NCBI RefSeq assembly: GCF_001194135.2
Contig: NC_068986.1
Span: 32,063,007 to 32,126,416 of the forward strand
From: Octopus bimaculoides
Taxonomy: Eukaryota
Direction of reading: 5' to 3'
Length of the DNA: 63,410 nt
Each line of letters starts with the position of its first letter. Positions within the stretch are counted from its first letter, which is position 1. The position numbers were made by a program, and so were the translations under genes. The notes below the pieces were generated by a model. The model searched no databases. It saw only the letters and a list, made by a program, of their open reading frames with translations, and had not been told where the DNA came from. Below, in pieces: positions 51,746-63,410 of this stretch.

Positions 51746-54268
51746 TAGAGGAAGATGAGGAGGAGGATGAAGATGATGATGATGATGATGATGATGATGA
51801 TCATGATGAGGAGAAGAAGGAGAAAGAGGAGAAGGTATGTAATAATAATACATACGCATTTTCGGACGTATGGTGACATTTTCAAATGTGCATGTGAAGA
51901 GAGATGTAGTTCTTTCCCTAACCCCAGACTGAACCAGTGGAAAAGAAATAGCAAACGTTAGTAAGATTGTTTCAATGAATAGAGAGTTTGATAAAACTGT
52001 TATCGAGACATAATAATTAAGATGATTGGGTAAATGGGGACAGTTGTCCTGACATTTAACGTTACTTAATTAGACCAGTAAAACTGATTAGGGAGATTAA
52101 TATCAGTAACAAGGATGTGGTCAGAGAGTGGACTCTATTAAACCACCCTGCTGGCCACCATATGGTGCTAAACAAGGCAGCGCTTTAGGTATAATATTGC
52201 TTAATAGAAAATGGTTCCGTATAAAAAGACTTTTGGCTGGTTGACCTTTGAAAAAGACACTACGTTGTTTATTACAGCGAAGCAGTAGAGTCGTCAGATA
52301 ATTTGATAGAATAACTTGTAGTACGAATCTAACCGAGTTCAAAGTAACATTTCCTACTTTCGGGGCTAGTAAATAAAATACCAGTCAGGGACTGGGGCCC
52401 AATACATATTTCTGTCTCTTCCTCTTCTAGAGTTCTCCCACTCCCTGAGTAAGAGTTTGTGAAGTCATTTGAACTTCAGTAAAATATGAGTGTATATGAA
52501 CGTGTATATATATATATCTGTAAAAATATGTGACACTAATTCTGTAGCCATTCCTGCCAAATATATATANNNNNNNNNNNNNNNNNNNNNNNNNNNNNNN
52601 NNNNNNNNNNNNNNNNNNNNNNNNNNNNNNNNNNNNNNNNNTATATATTTACAAATATAAATACACACAAAAATATGCATACACATGCATACGCACTTAC
52701 ATAGTCCATACACAATTTCACACATGCACACACAATCACGTACATTTGTACGTAAATATTATGTCTTTAGAATTAAAAGAAATCTGGTGAGTTCTGTATA
52801 GCGGAATCGGTAGAGAAACAAATATATAGCGCCTTCTAGAATTTAGTTATATTCCAAGATGTCCTCCTCAGTTCAAACTTCCCCGCGGCCGACTTTGCCT
52901 TTCATTCATCCCGAAGTTGAAGGAAATATCGACCAATGATTCTAAGCTGACAGCGAACTGGATTGATTCCATCCGATTCCATTCAATCAACCGTATATTC
53001 GTGTTCTTGTTTCACCTTTAAAACAAACAAATGAAGTGTCCTACGTAATCACAAACACATACGTATATGTATGTGCATGCGTGTGAGTGTGTATGTGTGT
53101 GTGTGAATTTATACGCGTACAATTGGTGCGTTTTACAACCGCCATCTTTTATTTGAGGCGTGTGTATATATTCATAAATCTATTAAGCCGACTCTCTCTT
53201 CACACCTCACATGCGATAGTTAATTATATTTCAGGTAACTTCACTGACCTAGTAAACAACTGAGAGTACACCAAATAGCGCCACCCACCCACACATACAT
53301 GCATACATACATACATACATACATACATACATGCGTGCGTGTGTGGGAGTACAGTGAACACGCCATAGTCGAAATGCTTTCGTGTGGATTTAACAATTGA
53401 TTTTTTAAAAAACTATTTAAACCATATCAGTAACACAAGTGTACACAATATTATATACTTCGCTCTTAATGCCTCTTTCACTTTCTCCCACCCTCCCCCA
53501 TCCTCTCACCTTCCCTCTTTCACTCACCCTCTCTTCTGTGTGTGTGTGTGTGTGTGTATGTGTGTGTGTGTCTGGATTTTACTTTCTGCTTCTGACACAT
53601 TTCTTTAAATATTTGAATTAACATATACACTGCTTGCATGCGCAAAATACACACGCGTATATATATATATATATATATNNNNNNNNNNNNNNNNNNNNNN
53701 NNNNNNNNNNNNNNNNNNNNNNNNNNNNNNNNNNNNNNNNNNNNNNNNNNNNNNNNNNNNNNNNNNNNNNNNNNNNNNNNNNNNNNNNNNNNNNNNNNNN
53801 NNNNNNNNNNNNNNNNNNNNNNNNNNNNNNNNNNNNNNNNNNNNNNNNNNNNNNNNNNNNNNNNNNNNNNNNNNNNNNNNNNNNNNNNNNNNNNNNNNNN
53901 NNNNNNNNNNNNNNNNNNNNNNNNNNNNNNNNNNNNNNNNNNNNNNNNNNNNNNNNNNNNNNNNNNNNNNNNNNNNNNNNNNNNNNNNNNNNNNNNNNNN
54001 NNNNNNNNNNNNNNNNNNNNNNNNNNNNNNNNNNNNNNNNNNNNNNNNNNNNNNNNNNNNNNNNNNNNNNNNNNNNNNNNNNNNNNNNNNNNNNNNNNNN
54101 NNNNNNNNNNNNNNNNNNNNNNNNNNNNNNNNNNNNNNNNNNNNNNNNNNNNNNNNNGAACACACAAATACACGCGCACGTACGCACACACACGCACATA
54201 CACACACATATACACATATATACTGACGCTTCCACACAGACATGATGATAATAATAATAATAATAATG

Positions 54269-54308
<40 letters not shown>

Positions 54309-54578
54309 TGATAATAATAATAATAATAATAATAATAGGGATAAGATCAACACTTGGATACAAGTAACCTCAACACTCATACACACGTGATCACGCATAT
54401 ACACACATACATACATATATACATAAATATATATATATGAACGTGTATATATATATATATATATATATACACATACATACATATATATATATATATATAC
54501 ACACACAGTCACTCATACACACACACATACACACTCTCTCTCTAACACACACACGCACATATATACATATACATACAT

Positions 54579-54616
<38 letters not shown>

Positions 54617-54951
54617 GTATATATACACATATAATTGCATCCAAACGCACCGTACATACAGACGTATATACGAAAGATACAAACTGAGACTTAAGTGTAG
54701 TGCATTGTTCTTCGCAAATGAATCCCATTCAAACAACATTTTAATTGCTGTATGATTTTCATATATAAAAACCGCCATTATTTCAACAGTGTTTTTAATA
54801 CAGCCAATTGTAGTAATGACACTACAGCGATGATGTTGATACGCCAAAATTATTGATTCACAACCGAATTATCCAAAGTCTATTGTTCTGCTTCGTTGAA
54901 CTGGAAAGAAATATCTCCGCGATCGGTGAGAGGATATTCGGGAATGCGTGA

Positions 54952-54984
<33 letters not shown>

Positions 54985-55308
54985 TGTATGTATGTACGTA
55001 TATATATACATATACACACATATATGTATATATATATATGTAGATAACTATATATACATTATACGTATGGCTATGTATATATATTTATATGTATATATAT
55101 AGACATACATATATGTATGCATATATATGTATGTATGTATATATATATATATATATATNNNNNNNNNNNNNNNNNNNNNNNNNNNNNNNNNNNNNNNNNN
55201 NNNNNNNNNNNNNNNNNNNNNNNNNNNNNNNNNNNNNNNNNNNNNNNNNNNNNNNNNNNNNNNNNNNNNNNNNNNNNNGATTTATATATATACACATATA
55301 ACTGTATT

Positions 55309-55354
<46 letters not shown>

Positions 55355-55510
55355 TACACAAGTATATGCATACGTATATACATATGTATGTATTTGTTAG
55401 TGTAAGTGCGTGTGTCTCTGTATGTACTTGCGTATGTTTATATGTGTATATGTGTGTGCTTGCTGGTGTTTAAAAATAAGTTGGTGTTTGTGTGTGTGTG
55501 TGTGGGGGGT

Positions 55511-55549
<39 letters not shown>

Positions 55550-56367
55550 AAAAACAGATGAAGTGTGTTTGCGTCCGTGTATGTGCATATGAAAAAATAG
55601 ATATACAGATATATCCAGTTTGTGTGTTTTTGCGTGTGTATAGGCACGTACACACGCACACAAACTCTCTGTCTTTCTCTCTCACACACACACACACATA
55701 CACATATATATATGAGTATGCATATATGCTATGTTTATTTACAGATATATACGTACCTTTATTTTTGTATTTGTATATATTAAGGCATAATCTACTGTAT
55801 ATCATTTTAAATTATTTTGCATGTAAATCTTTTTGTATTCGTTTTATTTTAATAAAAATTTTATTTCATCGACACTGCGAAAAGTAAAAAAAATCGTTAA
55901 CCGCGGGCTTCTATTCCACTGTTGTTGGAAAATGTAGGATCGTTCATTGTTTGGTCTTGCTTCTGCAAAACCTTCATTAGAAAAGATTATCCATATCGTG
56001 TCCACAAAGAGATTGTCGGCTTTATTTGTCTTAAAGTGCATATGAACTATGACTCACATAATCTGATTTGAATAATTTGCATAAGGCGTATACACTGAAA
56101 ACGTGGAATAAGTATTTTATTTATCTGGCACTACAAAGCATCGTCAGGCCAGGGAGAAAGCTAGAAACAATTGCGGTTTTACCATTTCTCAGTGCGACAA
56201 GGTTTTCGTGTTTCGTATAAAAGAAATCTCCTACATTACTTATGAATGTAACAGAAATGGGAAATAAAACTAGTATATTCTGTATTACATTATGAATAAA
56301 TATGCTACGCTCTCAGTGGGAGATCCCCATGTTTGTATGTAACATAAACAGCTATATATATATAGGC

Positions 56368-56482
56368 GAAAGAGTATAACAGGGGTCGCCACTACCCCTT
56401 GCCGGAGCCTCGTGGAGCTTTAGGTGTTTTCGCTCAATAAACACACACAACGCCCGGTGTAGGAATCGAAACCGCGATCCTC
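56368..56482 (-). mobile_element. SINE family C internal fragment
   Basis: GCCGGAGCCTCGTGGAGCTTTAGGTGTTTTCGCTCAATAAACAC..GAATCGAAACCGCGATC. Confidence 0.85.
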
Positions 56483-57348
56483 CTATATATATATATATAC
56501 GCTTGTTTTCCGCTTGCTGTGTTGTCATCTTCTGCTTACTGTATTTTCTTGTGTTCCTTCTGTTGAACCCTTGATCTATCTATCTACCTATCTATCTATC
56601 TATCTAGCTAGCTAGCTAGCAATCTATCTAGCTAAATCACACACGTTTCCACCTCATTCATTAGCTCTTCTTACTGTAAAGGGTAAGTTATTCCGGTATA
56701 GCTTCAAGCAGCCTGTAGACATCTCGGCCAGCCACGGTGATTGAGCTAGACATTCTCAGAGAATTGAACGGGACTACCGTTTTATTGGGTCATATATAGT
56801 ACAATGAATGTCCTCTCATGTTTGGATAACGAAATTCCTCTTAAATAAGTAAAACAGTATTCGTTTCAAAATATGTCAGCAAATTAACAAAAAGGATATT
56901 AAGACAGAATTCAAAATATACGTACATAAGATGAATGAAAAAGAAATATAAAAAGAATTTATNNNNNNNNNNNNNNNNNNNNNNNNNNNNNNNNNNNNNN
57001 NNNNNNNNNNNNNNNNNNNNNNNNNNNNNNNNNNNNNNNNNNNNNNNNNNNNNNNNNNNNNNNNNNNNNNNNNNNNNNNNNNNNNNNNNNNNNNNNNNNN
57101 NNNNNNNNNNNNNNNNNNNNNNNNNNNNNNNNNNNNNNNNNNNNNNNNNNNNNNNNNNNNNNNNNNNNNNNNNNNNNNNNNNNNNNNNNNNNNNNNNNNN
57201 NNNNNNNNNNNNNNNNNNNNNNNNNNNNNNNNNNNNNNNNNNNNNNNNNNNNNNNNNNNNNNNNNNNNNNNNNNNNNNNNNNNNNNNNNNNNNNNNNNNN
57301 NNNNNNNNNNNNNNNNNNNNNNNNNNNNNNNNNNNNNNNNNNNNNNNN

Positions 57349-57390
<42 letters not shown>

Positions 57391-57757
57391 GTATGTATAT
57401 ATGTATGTATAATGTACACACACACACACACTCACACGCACATATATATATGTATATACCATTTCAATGTTGCTGGGACTTCTGAATCGCTATGTTTTGC
57501 ATGTATGTGTGCGTGTGTATGTGAGTGTTTGTACGTCTGAGCGTGGTTGTGTGTGTTTGTCTGTCTGTCTGTCTCCCTTTCTCTTTCTCTAATGTGCATG
57601 GGCGTGTGTTTAAACACATACTTACACATGCACTCTCATATATACATATACCCATAATCATGCATGTGTATGTCGACACACACATACATAGATATGTATA
57701 TAAATGCATATATTTATACACACACATATATATGCATCTATATCCATATATGTGTAC

Positions 57758-57836
<79 letters not shown>

Positions 57837-57979
57837 TGTATATTAATATATATGAATGTACACACACACTCACAGACTCAGACACACATACTCAGACACA
57901 CATATACATGCATATATACAAATGTTTATAGAAAGCACATACATAACTACGCAGGCACACACCCACACAAGCGTGCGCG

Positions 57980-58010
<31 letters not shown>

Positions 58011-58662
58011 ATGTTCCAACCCACCGCAAACCAACCACCACACTTACCAACATAAAGTCACGCTTGTTTGATTCTTAAAAACTCTATATGTGTAGGATGT
58101 GCACATAAGTAAACCAGAACGTTTTCTTGGAATATCTTCGGCACCAATTCTTTGCTATAATAGCGCAATCGGAAACCTCATCTCAAATATTCATATTAAA
58201 CACTATTTCTAAGCAATAGCGCCTCTTTTCTTACACAAAAGCCTGGATTCTTTCTTGTTTCTAATTTCTAAGCAGCATATTATTATATCTGAACAGCTTT
58301 GATGCTTTCACGTTGAATTGAATCGTTTCCTATTCGTTTCTACTTCACACAAAATTTTACTGGCCAGGATGACATTCTGCCTAATATGTATTTATTCACG
58401 TTACAATTTTTCTACATTATTTTTATATTTATTTTACACACTCAGTTAGTTCTCTTAAGAGGAGGTAAATTTGTATAATATGGTTTCGTTGTTGTTGTTG
58501 TTGTTGTTGTTGTTGTTATTTTACCTCTGTTTAATCCTTGACCGAAAATTATATCGGCCAAGGATACAGGTATTAGCTAGAGAATAAAATAAATACAGTA
58601 AGAAAATAAATTGGTAGTCCTTTTTCGAATGAACGGCGTTGCGATATGTGTTCCTGCCTAAT

Positions 58663-58858
<196 letters not shown>

Positions 58859-59065
58859 AAAACACACACACAGGTAGACTCATAAGTGCAAAACAATGTG
58901 GGAAAATTAGTGCTGGAATACGAAGGATAGAGTAATATGCTTTACTATAAAACCTGCGAAATATTCACAGAATATTCACCAAAACTGTGCAACGAACTGG
59001 AACGCGAAACTCTGAGTAACAGTTCTGTGGATATTTTGTATCCTTTATAATAAACTATAAATACA

Positions 59066-59097
<32 letters not shown>

Positions 59098-59197
59098 AAC
59101 ACACACATGCACTCCCTTGTTACCTTCGCCTGATGAAATGTGATGGGCCAAATGTCGTCCCACAGGTGCATGTCATCGTCGTCATCATCATCATCAG

Positions 59198-59255
<58 letters not shown>

Positions 59256-59839
59256 GTCATCATCACCATCATCATCAGAGTAGTGTGTGGAATTTCTGGC
59301 AGACATCAGTATGTAACTGAACTTTGAGAGATTATAAATTTCGTGAAATTATACCCCGTTTGCTTCTTTGAATATTTGACAGTCGCCAACAGCTGACGGT
59401 TAGCTTTGCTTTTTTTCCCGTTCTCTACCAATGCAGTAAATTTAAATTAATCATCATTCATCTGTTTATTTTCTGTACGTCATTCAGTGCACGAAACTTC
59501 CACCCGTTACCTTACAGATCTAAGGTAAGTTCTTTGGGAATAGAGTGTGTAATAATACTTTGTTTCCCAGTTGAGTTATTTAATCCTTTTAATACCAATC
59601 CACATAGGACTGTAAAAAAGGTGTAGATTTCTTTTTCGTTCAAAGTGTAACATCATTGGAACCATATAATTTTCAAAGTATAGTGTGAGACCAAGTTTAT
59701 CTGCTCTCTACGTACTATTCAAAAGCAGCAATTGAGTTGTATGGTCACTTCGCATTGCTAGAAATAACCAAATGTATTTCGATTAAAACATATTGAGCCA
59801 TCTTAAAAAAAACTACAAGTCATACGGGACTGTATAGCC

Positions 59840-60135
59840 CAGTGGTTCCCAAAGTGGTCGGTACTGCCCCTGTAGGGGCAGTGGAAAGATCCAATGGGGT
59901 GCTAAAGAAAAGTGGAGGCGATAATGGCGCGGCCAATAGGGGGCGATATATGTAAATGCAACGAAATAATGGGTTAATTAGGTTAAGCTATACTTGTGAA
60001 ATACTGCGGTTTTGAATTTGATGCGGAGAGTGGTCTATATTTGTGGTGGTGAGTGGCAGGGGCGCCTGGAATGTGGCCTGGAATGTGGCCTGGGTGCCAA
60101 GGGGGCAGCAGACCGAAATAGTTTGGGGGCTATGG
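59840..60135. mobile_element. hAT (Charlie-like) non-autonomous element
   Basis: Left TIR CAGTGGTTCCCAAAGT, degenerate right TIR AGTTTGGGGGCTATGG, 8-bp flanks GTATAGCC (59832-59839) and GTAGAGTC (60136-60143) match at 6 of 8. Confidence 0.75.
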
Positions 60136-60284
60136 GTAGAGTCCAAGATTTACAAAGCTAAAACAGGAATGTCACGGCTGGAAGCGTTTGGTAGTGTATT
60201 CCTTCAATCAGTGTTGATATGGGACTAAATAGCAAAAAAAAAAAGAAGAACATGTAATTCGTAAGAATTGAAGGTGAGGAGTGT

Positions 60285-60346
60285 GACGTGGTCAAGTGGT
60301 TAAGGCACTGGATTACTTAGTCATACCCCATTGGGTTCGAACCCGC
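60285..60346 (+). pseudogene. Degenerate tRNA-like sequence (tRNA-Ser-like D arm) or orphan SINE head
   Basis: GACGTGGTCAAGTGGTTAAGGCACTGGA..GGGTTCGAACCC has A and B boxes, but no intact acceptor stem or anticodon arm. Confidence 0.5.
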
Positions 60347-62383
60347 TGTGTATATCGCGTTTCTTTTATAGGCAGAATAATTTTATTTCATATACAATAT
60401 GGCATCTTATGAAACTACGATATCAGATCAATTCGAGATATTCTCTCTCGCAGACTCCATAAGTTTTCTTTGGTTTCTTTTGCCATTGAAGCATAAGAAC
60501 TGATTATGGTTGTTTGTGTTCAATCAATAATTTCACTTTAGAGTTGTTTTCTTTCACAAAATGACTATTTTCTTTGATTCATGGAGACAAGCAAGAATTT
60601 CTTGTAATGTAATATTAGTTAAAAGTCTCTTCTATTAATGGATCGCCACAGTCTGGAGCTGGATTATTTGCAGCGGCCATAAACGCTGCCCATCTATTCT
60701 GAATGGTTAATAATTAAACAAGTGGATAATATTTATGATCTAATGAGATTAATTAATCTCTTACACGTTTGATTCCTTGTTATTAAAAATATATAATTAA
60801 CGATTAATTTAATGATTCCAATGGATCAAAGAGGTTATGAAAAAGCATCCTGTTTCAATAAATTTGAGTCAAATGAATATAGTCTGCTGGGAAACTGAAC
60901 ATGAGCCAAGCTGAAAAGAAAATCTATATCTAACTGTCTCTTGCATAATTTTTATGGACTGATTAATGTTGTAATATAGCAAGTTTCACAGATATGGAAC
61001 GCACATAATGGCTTACTAGATAAATTACTCTTATATATAATAAACTTAATAGTTCAGTCTCTGCCGCACAAGTTTAATAGACACATTGTTAAATTATTCT
61101 AACATATGCCATAATTAAGAAATTAATCTCCTGGTTTCTTTTGTTCAATAGATAAAGAATTTATGGTAGAAGTTTATAGGGTGTACATTGGTTTTGTGTT
61201 TGTGTGTGCGTGCTTGTGTTTAACCATTAAGTCTCTTGCGTAATTGCTTCAAACAATAATTTTCTAATTCTACATCGTTGTTTTTGTTTTACAAACAGAA
61301 GCAGAAAAACCATACAAAAAGCGAAACAATAAGCTTTAAAATGCAATAAAAAGCTATCAGGATCTGAAATACTGATTATTCATGATACTATTTTAAATAA
61401 AAACATTATCATATTGTGCAGACATTACTTACATCTTTTGATAGCAGTAATCTCTATATATTATGATAATATTAGATACCAATATTATCATAATGATAGT
61501 ATCATGATATAGTCTTTTTTCAAAAGCTCTCGTTTAGCTCTCGATCACTACTGATCCGTTCTGTCTTTGTGGAGATTTGTCTAGCATTACTTTAATCAAT
61601 GTATCATTCTCTTGTTTAAAACAGTGGAGTGCGATTTGAGAAATATCTAACTACTATTCCTATAAGTTCAAGCTACTACATACAGGCTCTCCACCCACAC
61701 ATACATTAGTTATTCTTCCAAGCAATTTGTTGCTCCATAAACCAAAGAATAATTATCTTAAAACACAAACAGCGAATAACTATAAAAACTCTATAGAATT
61801 TGTTGTTTATTTATATAACTGAGATATTTCACGACAGCGGGGTTTGGGAGAAAGAAAGCGCTGATATGTAGTAAAAGCTCCAGAAAGAAAAAAACAAAAA
61901 ACAAATCCATAACTACAAGGGATATGTATTTAATGAGTATGGCTGAAATACCAAGCATATTTCACGTTACAGATACAGCAGAAGTTTTGAGCCTATCAAA
62001 GCTGGTAATGTTTCGGTATAGCAGCCATATACTTATCGTTTACCCATCAAAACTAAGCTTGTAAATTTGTTTTACAAAATAAAAGAGAAGAAAGGATAAC
62101 TTAAGCTTTAGATTTACATAACTGATAACAACCTCCCATGGAAAATTGTTACATTTATTAATAGGAAGCTGTAGTAATTCGTCAGCTGTATAATTACTGT
62201 GCTTAATTAGTCGTATATGTGGGTAGTGTAAATAGGGAGGATAATGAAGTATTGGATTAAATGCATTAGTGCTCGTAGTTTCAAATCTATACTATTTGAT
62301 TTCGAATGCTGTTGACGCCGTCTTGTTAGAAAGTTCCAAGACAGTAACAGAGCATATATATGTATATGTGTACATGCATATAA

Positions 62384-62773
62384 GTGGAGGCGCAATGGCC
62401 CAGTGGTTAGGGCAGCGGACTCGCGATCATAAGATCGCGGTTTCGATTCCCAGACCGAGCGTTGTGAGTGTTTATTGATCGAAAACACCTAAAGCTCCAC
62501 GAGGCACCGGCAGGGGATGGTGGCGAACCCTGGTGTACTCTTCCACCACAACTTTCTCTCACTCTTTCTTCCTGTTTCTGCTTTGTGCCTGTAATTCAAA
62601 GGGCCAGCCTTGTCACAACGTGTCACGTTGAATATCCCCGAGAACTACGTTAAGGGTACACGTGTCTGTGGAGTGCTCAACCACTTGCACGTTAATTTCA
62701 CGAGCAGGCTGTTCCGTTGATTGGATCAACTGGAACCCTCGACGTCGTAAGTGAGTGAGTGCTAACAACAACA
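62384..62773 (+). mobile_element. SINE family C, full length, with 11-bp target-site duplication
   Basis: Homologous to 48363; ACATGCATATA at 62372-62382 and 62774-62784. Confidence 0.95.
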
Positions 62774-63130
62774 ACATGCATATATGTATATGGATATGGA
62801 TATGTATACGCATGCATGCACACACATATATATATGTATTCGGGCCTGTGTTTATATTGATTGATATCCGTATTCTATTCATGCTGCATATCTTTATGCT
62901 TTTCTAAACAAAGTACCACACTGAGAAAGTACTTAGATCGATATGGTCAGCTAAAACCCGTCACATACTGTATTCTAGAAGGGCCGTAGCCCAGTCACTG
63001 AATCAAAAAAAGAAATAAATAAAAAAAAGACGACAGAAGAATAATTTCTTGTTTAAGTACGAGTTTAGCAATTTTGAGAGAAAGGGAACTAGCCGATACC
63101 ATCGGTACTTTATTACAAAAAAAAAGTCTA

Positions 63131-63362
63131 TACTCTTTCACCACAACTTTCTCTCACTCTTTCTTCATGTTTCTGTTGTACCTGTATTTCAAAGGGTCAG
63201 CCTTGTCACACTCTGTTTAACGCTGAATCACCCCGAGAAATATGTTAAGGGTACATACACGTGTCTGTAGAATGCTCATTCACTTGCACGTTAATTTACC
63301 GAGCAGGCTGTTCCGTTGATCAGATCAACTGGAACACTCGTCGTCGTAACCGGCGGAGTGCC
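63131..63362 (+). mobile_element. SINE family C, 5'-truncated
   Basis: Begins at TACTCTTTCACCACAACTTTCTCTC, ends GGAGTGCC before (CA)n. Confidence 0.9.
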
Positions 63363-63365
63363 CCG

Positions 63366-63410
<45 letters not shown>

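Noticed and set aside
55890-56041. YIFQQ motif suggesting a Tc1 DDE fragment
   Set aside because: The following DxAPxH motif and TIRs are absent

Overview
AT-rich, non-coding eukaryotic DNA, about 13% N in 20 scaffold gaps, most of them flanked by (TA)n. It is saturated with simple and compound microsatellites and tRNA-derived SINEs. The repeat landscape most resembles an octopus (coleoid cephalopod) draft genome; this is an inference from memory, not a search. No host protein-coding gene is confidently identifiable, and almost all listed ORFs are translations of microsatellites or N-runs. Supported content: at least five SINE families (A-E here, my own working names), fragments of RTE and R4/Dong-like LINEs, mariner/Tc1, hAT and CACTA-like non-autonomous DNA transposons, and a degenerate ~95-bp tandem array. 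The most interesting signal is two complete minimal type-I hammerhead ribozyme motifs on the minus strand: one inside the 3' part of a tRNA-headed SINE (23271-23316) and one in a ~160-bp unit bounded by (TA)n (6697-6741). All family assignments are by eye and need HMM, Infernal or RepeatMasker confirmation.
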